Virus record (IMG/VR): IMGVR_UViG_3300023198_001068
From: a virus
Reading direction: 5' to 3' (one strand)
DNA length: 64,000 nucleotides
Below are positions 45,943 through 55,850 of this stretch, piece by piece (the stretch's first letter is position 1; each line of letters begins with the position of its first letter). A program made the translations under genes and the position numbers. The notes under the pieces were generated by a model, which was not told the origin of the DNA, did no database searches, and saw only the letters and a program-made list of their open reading frames with translations.

Positions 45943-46563
45943 TTACCCCTCCGCTCCCTCTCCTTTTTGACTGCCGTGTGCAGTGTCTTCAGTTCGTCCG
46001 AGCCCAGTTTCTCCAGCTTCAGTTTCACGGTTCTCCAATCCATCTAGGGCCTCTCCTTGGGCCTTCATGACCTTTCGGATGGCTGCGTCAGCTAAGGCCC
46101 AATCGTCCTTGTGCATGATGTGGCACGAAAAGAACATCGGAAATCCGTTGATCGAGCGGGGAGCCACGTCGGGTCCGTACTCCCCGTACACGATCCCGAT
46201 GTTCAGGAGTTCCTCCTTGGGCCAGTCCGCTAAGGCTCCCAGCCCCAGGGGCAGGAAGATGCTCTTGACCAGGTGCTCCGAGCCCTCGGGGATCTGGACC
46301 GACAGGAAGTACCGGTTGGCGATGACCCCCTCCACGAACTCCCGAAGCTCCTGGGGCGTCTTGCGTACCGGGGCGAAAAGGCGCTCCCCCCCTTCCCCTT
46401 GAACAGCCTTCCAGTCCTCGGCGATGACCTCTTGTTCCTCGGGAGGGTCTAGCAGCAGTTCGTCGTGCTGCTCGGGCCAGGAGTCGATGAACTCGGGCCA
46501 CTTCTCGTCGGGCTTAGGCACTTTCCCCTTCACCATACACCAGGTAGGCTTGGGCCGTGCCAC
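45943..46563 (-). CDS. Hypothetical protein
   Basis: Coding-like ORF. Confidence 0.6.
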   Translation of the reverse strand: MARPKPTWCMVKGKVPKPDEKWPEFIDSWPEQHDELLLDPPEEQEVIAEDWKAVQGEGGERLFAPVRKTPQELREFVEGVIANRYFLSVQIPEGSEHLVKSIFLPLGLGALADWPKEELLNIGIVYGEYGPDVAPRSINGFPMFFSCHIMHKDDWALADAAIRKVMKAQGEALDGLENRETEAGETGLGRTEDTAHGSQKGEGAEG

Positions 46564-46955
46564 CCCCCTACGAGCGCCGGGTCAGTTGGGAGCTTCGCTA
46601 CTCCCATGCCGGCATCTTGTCTCAGCGAGGGGGCACCGAGCGCTTCCGGCTCGACATGGCGCGGCTCCACGCCGACCCTCACGTCGTCAGCCTCAACGTC
46701 ACGGAAGACCCCGCAGTCCGTGGCTATGACGTGCTGGTCCAGTTCGTACCTGGAGTGGGGGGACCTCAGAACCCGGCGCTGTGGGGTCTGAACGACGAGT
46801 TGAACCGGAACGCCCCTCTGGAGTGGGGCCACAAGACGCCGCCCCCGGTCTACGAGGGCGAGGTTGACCACGACTGGAAGCCGCCCGAGCCGCCCAAGAC
46901 TGTCTGGGACCGGATTATGCAGGATGACGAGTCAGACCTGGACGATCCTGGCTAG
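46557..46955 (+). CDS. Hypothetical protein with TAW-like tag
   Basis: PKTVWDRIMQDDESDLDD. Confidence 0.6.
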   Translation: MPPPYERRVSWELRYSHAGILSQRGGTERFRLDMARLHADPHVVSLNVTEDPAVRGYDVLVQFVPGVGGPQNPALWGLNDELNRNAPLEWGHKTPPPVYEGEVDHDWKPPEPPKTVWDRIMQDDESDLDDPG

Positions 46956-47729
46956 CTCAAAGTGCATCCCGTCCTTGCGCTTGAAGTGGCCTCCCCAGTA
47001 GAAGCCCAGCTTGTTGGCGATGGAGACGAGTTCCCGGACGCTGCCCTTATTGCCGACCAGGGCCGGCGTCTTGCGTAGGCCGTTCCAGGGCACGTTGATG
47101 TCGAACGCCGTGGCCCAGGTGTGGTTGCTGAGGTAGGTCCGGGAGCCCCGCACGAACCGGGGGCACCAGGAGCCGGCCCACGACAGCACCAGGTCCATCT
47201 GACCGGCTTCCTCCCAGGCGTTGAACAGGGCCAGGAGTTGAGCCGTCCCGGCCTTGTGCCAGAAGATGCGCCCACTCTTTGGGGCTCCCCGGACGCCCTT
47301 GAGTTGGGGGACCACGACGCGGGTCAGGTTGTTCTTCTGCCAGGATCCGAGGATGACGATGCCCTCGGGGTTGCCCTTGGTGGGCTTGGCCTTGAACCGG
47401 ATCTTGCCGAACGTCTTGTCCCGGCCCGCTGCGCCTAGGGGGCGGAAGCTCGGAGCCGCCGGCCAGTTGGGGCCCTCGTTCTTGCGGACGTCCTTGATGA
47501 GGTCGTCTGCGGAGAAACCGTCGCTGAGGGCCGTTCCCCACGTCATGCCCCCGACGACGCCATCGTTATCGAGACCCATGGTGTTCTGGTAGACCTTCGT
47601 GGCCTCGTGCGTGGCGTCGTCGAACTTGCCGTGGGCCTCTCCCGTGTAAGCGGTGTCGCCCAGCAGGAACTCCTGCCACTCGCGGACCAGCGGACCTCGG
47701 GAACCTTTGCGGAGAGTCTTGAGTTGCAT
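46932..47729 (-). CDS. Endolysin: PG-binding domain plus M15 metallopeptidase
   Basis: LRKGSRGPLVREWQ...GLDNDGVVGGMTW (PG_binding_1); SNHTWATAFDIN...WGGHF...DGMHFE (M15 Zn ligands). Confidence 0.85.
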   Translation of the reverse strand: MQLKTLRKGSRGPLVREWQEFLLGDTAYTGEAHGKFDDATHEATKVYQNTMGLDNDGVVGGMTWGTALSDGFSADDLIKDVRKNEGPNWPAAPSFRPLGAAGRDKTFGKIRFKAKPTKGNPEGIVILGSWQKNNLTRVVVPQLKGVRGAPKSGRIFWHKAGTAQLLALFNAWEEAGQMDLVLSWAGSWCPRFVRGSRTYLSNHTWATAFDINVPWNGLRKTPALVGNKGSVRELVSIANKLGFYWGGHFKRKDGMHFELARIVQV

Positions 47730-48025
47730 CAGTTGGCGTCCGGGTGGGTGATTTGGGTTTCGCCTTCCTCGATGGAGGCGTGGATGATGTTCATGGCCAG
47801 GCGCCCCAGCTTGACGGCCGCTTGTCGGTAGGCCATGCGAGACTGCTCGTACTGTTCGACCAACTCGTGAACCTCGTCCACGATCTCGTGGTCCAGGGTG
47901 TCGTGGCCGTTGGAGAACGTGCTGGCCAGGTCCATGATGGACGCGAGCCGCTGGTTGGGGTCGGGCGTGTTCTCGATGATCCGGAACAACTCCAACATGC
48001 GTTCTGGAAAGATGGGCTCAGCCAC
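47729..48025 (-). CDS. Hypothetical protein
   Basis: GTG 48025 lies directly after the upstream stop. Confidence 0.5.
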   Translation of the reverse strand: MAEPIFPERMLELFRIIENTPDPNQRLASIMDLASTFSNGHDTLDHEIVDEVHELVEQYEQSRMAYRQAAVKLGRLAMNIIHASIEEGETQITHPDAN

Positions 48026-48026
48026 G

Positions 48027-48812
48027 TCAGTCGTCGTCCATGATGCGTTCCCAGGCGGTCGGTCGATAGACCTGGACGGGACGTGGGGTAGCGGAGGGGG
48101 GTCCGCTGTAGTCCACATGGGGCGTTGGGTGCTCCTGCTGGCCGCTCAGGGCTCGTAGGTCGGTCATGCGCTGACTAGCCCTGTTCCACCCCGGGCCGTC
48201 CTGAGCGAGCCTCTGAGCGCTCTGACGGGCTATTGGCTGGAACCGTCCATCGGCCCCTCGCTGGGACACCACCTGTCCGTCCGAGGGGCCGGGCATCGGG
48301 GCTCGGGTGAAGGGCATCGGGGGCGGGTCTTGCCGCCCAACCTGGAAGCGTGTCGCCTCGTTGGGGGTGGTGGTTCCTTCCAACAGTTGCTCGGAGTCGT
48401 ACTCGACGCTGAACTCGGAGTCCACGGAGGCATAGGTGTGCCCATCCCCGGACAGTTGGGCCATGGCCTCGGCCTCCGGATTCATGAACAGGGAGGACAA
48501 CTCGACCTGGGACAACTGCTGGGCCACGATCCTCGCGTCGCCATGCGGCTCTACTCGGGACTCCCTGACCACTCCAACAACAGGCTCTCCTGGGCGAGCT
48601 TCCCGAACTCGGCGGGAACTGTTGTCGAGGGCAACCAGGGCTCCGGGTTGGATCCTCTGGGCAGCCTCGAACTCCATGAGCGCAGCCCCGCCCAGCAACA
48701 CCTCGGGGGTCAGAGCCGGGAGAGGGTCCACTACTCGTCCCACTACCTCATCGGTGGCTTTCCGTATCTGAGGTAGCAAGTCCAGCAGAGCTTGTTCTTG
48801 GGGAGTAGGCAT
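48027..48812 (-). CDS. Hypothetical protein with TAW tag
   Basis: Ends YRPTAWERIMDDD. Confidence 0.7.
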   Translation of the reverse strand: MPTPQEQALLDLLPQIRKATDEVVGRVVDPLPALTPEVLLGGAALMEFEAAQRIQPGALVALDNSSRRVREARPGEPVVGVVRESRVEPHGDARIVAQQLSQVELSSLFMNPEAEAMAQLSGDGHTYASVDSEFSVEYDSEQLLEGTTTPNEATRFQVGRQDPPPMPFTRAPMPGPSDGQVVSQRGADGRFQPIARQSAQRLAQDGPGWNRASQRMTDLRALSGQQEHPTPHVDYSGPPSATPRPVQVYRPTAWERIMDDD

Positions 48813-48891
48813 TTTCAGCCTCTACAGAGGATTTCTATCGAATGATTCTGGGTGTACCCTACCACCCTTAGCGCTTGCCAGGAAACGACGA

Positions 48892-49161
48892 GTGACACAG
48901 TGGACCTTGAATGACCCGAGGTGGTACGACGAAACTCGTTCGCTCGTGTTGTTCCTAGCGACGCCTCGCAAATGGAAAGCCCTGTCTGCGTGGGCCAAGG
49001 AGAACCACGTCTCCGAAACGCATTTGCGAGAGTGCCTGGCGTGGCTCGACAACCGCCACGAGGCGTGGGCTGCCTACACCTCGGACGAAATCGCTTTTTG
49101 GAGAGCCCTCCCTCTGACGAGAGAGGGGGAGGCGGTCACCCAGCAGCAGGAGACGGGGTAG
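48892..49161 (+). CDS. Hypothetical protein
   Basis: Trp-rich small ORF. Confidence 0.5.
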   Translation: MTQWTLNDPRWYDETRSLVLFLATPRKWKALSAWAKENHVSETHLRECLAWLDNRHEAWAAYTSDEIAFWRALPLTREGEAVTQQQETG

Positions 49162-52100
49162 CCAGGTAGCGCTTGAGCACGTTGCCGGCAGTGTCGAGAG
49201 ACACTCGCTCTTGGCCAGCCATGACTTTCTCGAACCTCTCGACCTTGGACTTGTCCCAGTTGCCCGTCAGGTTGAAGTGCCCGAGAGCGAATAGCTCGGC
49301 GAACGCTTCTCCGTCGTTCCACGAGTAGCGGGTGGTTCGCCATTCCACGTCTCGGTCGAAGTCCGTGGGCAAGCGGCTGTACTTTTCGTAGCGGTGGCCG
49401 AGTTCGTGGATCAAGATGTACCCGACGGTTCCGTACCCGGCTGAGCGCTTGAGCACTTGAGGGGTAGCTTTGACCAGCATTTCGTCCCGGGCCTGCTTGT
49501 ACTTCCCCTGGACCTTCATCTCGCTGCGGCCCACGAACACCACTTTGAGATTGCCGGCCAGGGCCTTCTTACGCCACCCCTTGAGTGCGCCGAATGTCTG
49601 GTCTACCTGCTCGGCGTACTTGCGGAAGTTGGTCTCGCTGAGATTGCCACGGTTGTAGTACGTGGCGTTGGACAGCTTGAGTTCTGTGACCTGCTCTTTC
49701 TTGCCCCGAGCCTTGTCGCCCTCGGCAGTGAAGAACTCGACTAGGCTCTCCAGGTCCGGCGCCATCCGCTTCCACAGCGTCTCTACGGTTCGCTGGGTTC
49801 CGCCTGGTGAGACGGTAGCCCCTGGGGTGCTGAACAGATCCAGGTTCTCCAGCAACCGTTGGGCATCTTCCTTGAGCCGCTTTTGACCTCGGGGTGTCTT
49901 GGCAGACTGGACTCTCTGGAAGTTGGCTCCGAACCACTGGGCCAGGTCTCCGGTTAGCTGTCGAGCTTTGGCGTCATCAGTCTCCTGGATGATGGTATTG
50001 ACGCGACGCTGGAGTTCTTCTCCGAGCCCCGCTGTGACCAGGCGTGCCCCTTGGACTGTGGTGCTCCAGAAGAACTGGCCGGGGATCTTGCTGGCCTTTC
50101 CGGCGGCGAGCTTCTGACACTCCAACTCCTGCATCTGGCAGTGGGTCTCGAAATGGTCGGTCATGACCACACTACCACGCTGCATGGCCTCCAGAGACTC
50201 TTGCTGGAAGGCCGTGAAGCGACGCGGCTTGATCTCCGCTGGCTTCCAATCGCTGACAGCCTTCCCCAGGAACGCAATGTCTTGCTTCAGGTTGGCGACC
50301 TGCTCCTTGTAGAATCGGATGTACCGCCCTAGCTCCTGTTCGTAGCGCTTGTCGGTCTGCCCGATTTGCTCCATGCCTTTGTTGGTTTCGACTACGATGG
50401 GGTCGGGGCGGCCCTGGTACTTCTTGAGGTCTTCCTCCGCTTTCGGCAGGATCTTCTCCTGGATGTACTTGCGAAACGCCTTGGTGCCTTCGGGACTGGT
50501 CTCGTAGGGCTCCCACTTGGTTCCGAAGCAAGGGCCCCCGTGCCAAGACAGGCCCCACTCGCCCTTGCGCCGCCCGCCTTGCACCTCCCAGCCGTGGCGC
50601 ATGATCTTGTCGTTCTTCAGGAGGATGCCCCGGAAGCACGCCGGGCAGATCCCCTCACCGGGCTTGGTTTTCTGGACCTGCTTCTTGGGGGTGAGAGCCC
50701 CAAGCTCGATGAGTTGGTCGTGGGCGAGGCTCTTGTACTTCTCGGAGCGGGTGACCTTGGAGAGTTCGACGCTGTGGTAGTATTCCTTGCCACCCCTATT
50801 TTCCTTGACCAGCAGGAAGGTACCCTCGGGCACCGTCACGTTGTAAGCCGAGTAGGCTACCCACGCTTGTTCGATTTGAATAGCCCAGTCGTAGGAGGGG
50901 TGAGGCTCCGGCTCGTGAACCCCTTTGAGGAACAGTTCGCCGGCCTTCCCCCTCTTGGGCGGCGACGTCACGATCTTGGCGACCTGCTTGATCTTCTTGT
51001 AGCCCCGTTGGGTCATCTTCTCGTTCTTGAAGAAGATCAGGGTCTTCCCGTAGCGGGTGTCGTCCCCGATGATGCTCTGCACCTTGCGAACCTTGAGCGC
51101 CCCTCGGACGTTGTACGGCCTGAGTTCTTGCACGTCGGTCGTCGCCTTTGCCTTGACACCCGGAACCATGAGCTTGAGCGCCGCGATGAGGGGTTCTATT
51201 TCCCAGACCATCGACCGACCTTCGGCTATACCCGTGAGCATGGTGACGAGCGACGGGTTGGCGGCTGCCCAGACTTGGCGTGCCCGCTTCTCCATCTCCT
51301 TGAGCTTGGAGTAATACGCCTCGTCCTCGGTTAGGTGGTCAAGAGCCACCTCCCGAGCGATGGCAGGGTCGTCCGTGTGCTCCCTTTCGACCTTGATGCC
51401 CATGGCCAACTCCTGGGGGTCGAGATCGTCCGGCTCGCCCTGGTCGGCGAGACCGCCCGGTAGCTTGTCCTCGTCCTCGGCAGCAGATTTGACCATCGGG
51501 GCGGCTCGACTGAAAGCGTCCCGCACGATCTCGGGCACCTTGCCCGGACCCTTATAGGCGTAGTCGGCGACGACCTCGGCAAAGAGTTCCTCGGGGTTCG
51601 TGGCGCTGTAGGCGCTGACCGGGTAGAGGAACGCCTTGATCTCACCCTTCTTGGCGATGAGTTGGTCGAGGCCCGGAGTGCCCTTGGTGTCCACGTCCCC
51701 TCGCCGCTTATCGACCTTCTCCGAGATGTCGGCCTTGTCGAGGACGATCTTGAGCCACATCATTTCGTCGTCGGACAGCTTATTCTTGGCCTCGCTGTAG
51801 TAGTGCGAGATATAGCGTCCACGACCTCCCTCAGTCGCCCAACCAGAATTGCTGTTAGCCCAGGCTTCCCAGTCCCGGATGATCTTGTCCACATCCGGAG
51901 GCTGCACGTTGTCGCCAAAGAACTGCTCCCACGCCTTGCGCCCCTGGCCACTGAGCACCTTGAAGTAGAGGCGGTGGCCGAGTTCGTGGACCATCGAGTG
52001 GGTTACGGCGTTCACGTCCCCGCCGGCAGCGGCCAAATTGATCTGATCCGTGGGGATGTTGTAGTTGGCCAGGGAGCTAGATCGGCTGCTGCCCGCTCCG

Positions 52101-53641
52101 GTCAGATGGTCGGTTGGGTAGGCAAACACGCGGCCCCCCGTGACTGTCCCGAGTCCGATCTTCTTGAGCACCTGGTTGGTCCGCTTCAGGATTTCCTCCA
52201 GCTTGCGAACCAGGTCTCGGCTCCAGACGGCTCGCCCGGACGTGACCAGCGACACCGTGTAGTTGTCGATCTTGAGGGTTTCCTCGACCTCACTGTCGAA
52301 GTGGGAAAGGACCAGCAGCATCTCCTTGGAGTAGTCCCAGAACTTGTCGTAGGCGTCTTTGCTCTTGGTGGTCTGCTTCAGGAAGACTTCCTGCATCTGC
52401 TGGGGAGTCTTGGCTCCAGCCCACGCCTTGAGCATCTTGTGGAAGTTCTTGGCCCGGCGGAACAGCGTGTGCTTCTGGAGGACCTTGCCCTTCTCCACGT
52501 CCTCGAACACGATGGCGAGGTCCTTGGACGCTCGGGCGGCAAGCTGTTGCAGTTCTCGGGACTGCTGTTCGAGCTTGGGTTCGTCAGCGAACCCGGGTTG
52601 GTCGCCGCCCCGGTTCCAGAACTTCAAGCCAATGGCAGCCTGGTTCAGACCCCGCAAAGGCCGGCCGAATTCCTCGATGATCTTCTTGGCCCTGTCGTAG
52701 TTCTTGGTCGTGGCCTCTTTGCGCCAGCCCCCCATGAACCCGTTGTACTGCTTGACGGCCCAGGCGATGCCGTTGGGGTGGTGAGGCATGTTGTCGTAGC
52801 CTCGCCCGTCGTTGGGGGAGTGGATGATGCGGTCGCCGATTCGTAGCTCGCGTCGATCTCCCGAGGCTACCTCAAGCACGTCTCTCCATAGCTCTGGCTT
52901 GGTGGGCTGGTACTGGTCGGTCGGGTACGGAACCGAAGGGGCGGCGACCTTCCCCCGCTGCTGCCAGTCATCGTAGGCTTGGGCCACGGCTTTCATCACG
53001 AGTTGCTGGTTGCGCCTCGTCCAGTGCGGGGAGACCTCTTTCCACGTTGGAGACATCTTCAACAGGTAGGTCATCCCCTGCGGCCCAAAGTGCTCTTGGA
53101 GGATGGGGATCTTGTCGAAGAACCGCTCAGCCTCGTCCACCACTTCCTGCATGTAGGCCCGTAGCTCGCTCGGGTCGTTGTAGTAGGCGGCGTTGCCCTG
53201 GGCTTCCTCTTGCGTCATGCGGTCGCCCACGCCCTTGGTGAACTTGTCCGCTGCGTGGGTCAACTCGTGGATGAGGACAGCGTAGATTTGGTCTTGTACG
53301 ACGCGACTTCCTTTGGCGGACCGTACCGTCTCTTGGAAGTCATTGGAGCCGTTGAAGAAGACGACGGCAACCGGTTTGCCCCCACGCTTCCCTACCCCAC
53401 CGCTGACGACGTACCGGAAGTCCTTGCTGGGGATCGCTTGGAGCACGATCTCGATGTGGAGCGGCGTCCCATCGACCGCTGTGATGTCGAACGGGATGCC
53501 CTTGTGGAGTACCCGCTTCCCCTGCGGCCCTCGGAGGTTGCCTAACTTCCGGTGGATGAAGTGGCTGATCTCCTGGGCCATGTTCTTGATCCGGCTCTTG
53601 TCGAGACGGATGGCCCGAGCTTGCTTGTCGGGGAGGGTCAC
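49136..53641 (-). CDS. Polyvalent-type multidomain protein with three zincin (HExxH) domains and DUF5661
   Basis: IHELTH, VHELGH, IHELGH; ELAMGIKVEREHTDDPAIAREVALDHLTEDEAYYSKL (DUF5661-like); GICPACF...HGW...WHGGPCFG. Confidence 0.8.
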   Translation of the reverse strand: MTLPDKQARAIRLDKSRIKNMAQEISHFIHRKLGNLRGPQGKRVLHKGIPFDITAVDGTPLHIEIVLQAIPSKDFRYVVSGGVGKRGGKPVAVVFFNGSNDFQETVRSAKGSRVVQDQIYAVLIHELTHAADKFTKGVGDRMTQEEAQGNAAYYNDPSELRAYMQEVVDEAERFFDKIPILQEHFGPQGMTYLLKMSPTWKEVSPHWTRRNQQLVMKAVAQAYDDWQQRGKVAAPSVPYPTDQYQPTKPELWRDVLEVASGDRRELRIGDRIIHSPNDGRGYDNMPHHPNGIAWAVKQYNGFMGGWRKEATTKNYDRAKKIIEEFGRPLRGLNQAAIGLKFWNRGGDQPGFADEPKLEQQSRELQQLAARASKDLAIVFEDVEKGKVLQKHTLFRRAKNFHKMLKAWAGAKTPQQMQEVFLKQTTKSKDAYDKFWDYSKEMLLVLSHFDSEVEETLKIDNYTVSLVTSGRAVWSRDLVRKLEEILKRTNQVLKKIGLGTVTGGRVFAYPTDHLTGAGSSRSSSLANYNIPTDQINLAAAGGDVNAVTHSMVHELGHRLYFKVLSGQGRKAWEQFFGDNVQPPDVDKIIRDWEAWANSNSGWATEGGRGRYISHYYSEAKNKLSDDEMMWLKIVLDKADISEKVDKRRGDVDTKGTPGLDQLIAKKGEIKAFLYPVSAYSATNPEELFAEVVADYAYKGPGKVPEIVRDAFSRAAPMVKSAAEDEDKLPGGLADQGEPDDLDPQELAMGIKVEREHTDDPAIAREVALDHLTEDEAYYSKLKEMEKRARQVWAAANPSLVTMLTGIAEGRSMVWEIEPLIAALKLMVPGVKAKATTDVQELRPYNVRGALKVRKVQSIIGDDTRYGKTLIFFKNEKMTQRGYKKIKQVAKIVTSPPKRGKAGELFLKGVHEPEPHPSYDWAIQIEQAWVAYSAYNVTVPEGTFLLVKENRGGKEYYHSVELSKVTRSEKYKSLAHDQLIELGALTPKKQVQKTKPGEGICPACFRGILLKNDKIMRHGWEVQGGRRKGEWGLSWHGGPCFGTKWEPYETSPEGTKAFRKYIQEKILPKAEEDLKKYQGRPDPIVVETNKGMEQIGQTDKRYEQELGRYIRFYKEQVANLKQDIAFLGKAVSDWKPAEIKPRRFTAFQQESLEAMQRGSVVMTDHFETHCQMQELECQKLAAGKASKIPGQFFWSTTVQGARLVTAGLGEELQRRVNTIIQETDDAKARQLTGDLAQWFGANFQRVQSAKTPRGQKRLKEDAQRLLENLDLFSTPGATVSPGGTQRTVETLWKRMAPDLESLVEFFTAEGDKARGKKEQVTELKLSNATYYNRGNLSETNFRKYAEQVDQTFGALKGWRKKALAGNLKVVFVGRSEMKVQGKYKQARDEMLVKATPQVLKRSAGYGTVGYILIHELGHRYEKYSRLPTDFDRDVEWRTTRYSWNDGEAFAELFALGHFNLTGNWDKSKVERFEKVMAGQERVSLDTAGNVLKRYLATPSPAAG

Positions 53642-54477
53642 TGCGAGGCGTTTCCGAAGATGGTCATGCCGACGTATTTCTCATCGACGTAGGGATGTCG
53701 GTGGAAGGTCAACGGACCCTGGTGGCTGACCAGGGCGCTGAGGTCCGGGTCTTTGAGCACGTCCGCCAGGTCCATGACGTTGCCGTCAACTTCGCAGTCC
53801 CGAGCGACGAGCCGGCAAATCTGGCTGTAGTCAACGTGGGTGATGTCGTGGTGCGAGCCTCGCCCCTGGATGAGCCGACCGTACTGCTTGGTCTTGGGGT
53901 CCTTGTAGAGGGAGACGGCTACTTCCCCCTTGAGGCCCTGGAAGTTCGTCCCCAGGAAGTGCCAGCCGTAGTTGATGGCCCGGTTCTTCTTCTTGAGGAT
54001 GGACGTGTCGAGAACCCAGTGCTTGCCGACCGTGGAGAGCAAACCCTCGGGGTTGTCCTGCTCCTTGAGTTGGGCATCGATCTTCTGGCTGTGCTCGATC
54101 ATCGCCTTGGTCTTGGCCGTGATCTGGCGCGTGTTCGGCGTGAGGGTCACGTCCCGCTGGAGCCACATGAGGTCCAGGAGCTTGGCCGTGGGAAGGCAGG
54201 CCCCCAGGATGTCCGCGATGTGCTGAGCCGTATCGGCCGTGACGTTGACCCGGGTGACGACCGGCGCGTGCTCGCTCGTTTCCTCGTCGTCGTCCCCGTC
54301 GTCCAGCATGACGATGAGCTTCAGGGCGTCGGAGAACACCCGGAAGGTCCCCTCGTGGTCGCCCTCCTTGGATGTGACCTCGCTCCAGTGGAGGTCACAG
54401 TTGTCATCGAGCACCGCGTCGATGATGGCTTGTTCGCGGGCGGATCCGTGCTTCGCCGGCAGCGTGATGGGCTCCAT
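53638..54477 (-). CDS. Conserved hypothetical protein
   Basis: CLPTAKLLDL...HWV...NYGWH...HVDYSQICRLV; GTGA overlap with the 1501-aa gene. Confidence 0.7.
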   Translation of the reverse strand: MEPITLPAKHGSAREQAIIDAVLDDNCDLHWSEVTSKEGDHEGTFRVFSDALKLIVMLDDGDDDEETSEHAPVVTRVNVTADTAQHIADILGACLPTAKLLDLMWLQRDVTLTPNTRQITAKTKAMIEHSQKIDAQLKEQDNPEGLLSTVGKHWVLDTSILKKKNRAINYGWHFLGTNFQGLKGEVAVSLYKDPKTKQYGRLIQGRGSHHDITHVDYSQICRLVARDCEVDGNVMDLADVLKDPDLSALVSHQGPLTFHRHPYVDEKYVGMTIFGNASQ

Positions 54478-54503
54478 GCCCTAGCCAGGGCATGAAAGGA
54501 AGC

Positions 54504-54905
54504 TCAGTCCCGGATTCGGTCCCAGGCCGTAGGAAGCTCCCGCTCTGGCCTGCCTGCCATTCTGCGATCTTGCTCTCGTTCAGCCTTGTCCCGGAAGCGA
54601 GCGATGTCATCCATCACGGCGTCCTCGTCCCGCCACTGGGCCAACCATCCGGCGTTGCCCAGCAGCCGGTTGAGAACGGCGATGACATCGGTGTAGGTCT
54701 CGAACTCGAACTCGATCACGACCTCCAGGGCGAACAACGCAGCGATGGCGGCCCGGGTCTTGTCGAGGGTCGCCAGGCTCGCCTCGGGGTGCGTGGCCGT
54801 GTAGTAGACCTGCTGCTCGATGGCGTTCTTGAGCGTCTTGAGAAACCGCTGCCCCTGGTCCGTGTCGCAGGGTCCCGGGCCTCGCTGTCGTCGGGCGGCT
54901 GCCAT
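54504..54905 (-). CDS. Hypothetical protein with TAW tag
   Basis: Ends ELPTAWDRIRD. Confidence 0.7.
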   Translation of the reverse strand: MAAARRQRGPGPCDTDQGQRFLKTLKNAIEQQVYYTATHPEASLATLDKTRAAIAALFALEVVIEFEFETYTDVIAVLNRLLGNAGWLAQWRDEDAVMDDIARFRDKAEREQDRRMAGRPERELPTAWDRIRD

Positions 54906-54907
54906 GG

Positions 54908-55117
54908 CTACCGGTGCATAGGGTCGTCCCGGACCGTCTTGACCCGCCGGGCGATCTTCTTGGCCAGGTCCTCCCGCAAGAAATCACACGCACGGGCGGC
55001 GGCTCGGGCGTCCTCCATCAGAAGTTCCGACAGGACCGACATGATGCTGTAGGGCCCGTGTTGATCCAGGATCGGCCGGAGCTTGAGGTTGAGTTCGGAC
55101 TTCTTTTTGCGAGGCAT
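54908..55117 (-). CDS. Small hypothetical protein
   Basis: Coupled to the ATPase stop. Confidence 0.55.
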   Translation of the reverse strand: MPRKKKSELNLKLRPILDQHGPYSIMSVLSELLMEDARAAARACDFLREDLAKKIARRVKTVRDDPMHR

Positions 55118-55812
55118 CAGGGCTTGCTCTGGTTGAGGATGCGTTGGATGGCCCGGAACCGCTTGTGGGACAGTTCCGGGAGCCGAGAGAGCTTGCGAGG
55201 CCGCACTGTGCGCTTGGTCCAGTCTCTCAGGGTCGCGGGCGCCGTGTCGGACCCCAGGTGCAGATAGTGGGGTTTCAGAGGCAGGAGTTCCTGAACCAGT
55301 GGCCGGCTGTGGGTCACGACGAAGGCGGCCAGGGTGTGCTTGTTGGTCCGCTCGACGTACTCTCGGATGGATTGGCCGGCCCCGGCGGCCCAGGCTTCAC
55401 TCAACCCGAGGTCGGGCTCGTCCCAGAAGATGACGTGGGGCTCCGTGCGCCCCTCACAGGTCTTGATTCCCGTCAGGATGGTCTTAGACGAGAGTTCCCC
55501 GGTGGAGTGGCACTGCTCGTCGCCGTAGACGAAAACGAGCCAGGGAGCCGCTGAGATACTGCGGCGCCCCTCCATCGAGATGTCCATGAACTCGACCTTG
55601 TTCCGCTGACACATCCCGTGGGCGATCCGCCGGAGGAACGACTTGCCCCCGGCGTTGTCCCCTACGACTACGACCAACGGGCCGGTGCCAGGAACCCAGA
55701 CGGCCGGGATCGCTACCTTGTCGTCGTCGTCCGGGCGGAAGTAGTCCAGCTTGAGCATCTGGCGGACCAGGCCCAAGGCGGACTTGAAGGGGTACTTGCG
55801 CTTCGTGGGCAC
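55117..55812 (-). CDS. P-loop ATPase (ABC/AAA_21-like)
   Basis: Walker A GDNAGGKS; Walker B/D-loop IFWDEPDLGLS; H-loop VVTH. Confidence 0.8.
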   Translation of the reverse strand: MPTKRKYPFKSALGLVRQMLKLDYFRPDDDDKVAIPAVWVPGTGPLVVVVGDNAGGKSFLRRIAHGMCQRNKVEFMDISMEGRRSISAAPWLVFVYGDEQCHSTGELSSKTILTGIKTCEGRTEPHVIFWDEPDLGLSEAWAAGAGQSIREYVERTNKHTLAAFVVTHSRPLVQELLPLKPHYLHLGSDTAPATLRDWTKRTVRPRKLSRLPELSHKRFRAIQRILNQSKP

Positions 55813-55825
55813 GCTCTACGATACA

Positions 55826-55850
55826 CCAGCGGGCCCAAATTTAACCTGGC
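55826..55850 (-). repeat. 25-bp repeat copy 2 (inverted relative to 21385)
   Basis: GCCAGGTTAAATTTGGGCCCGCTGG on the minus strand. Confidence 0.75.
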
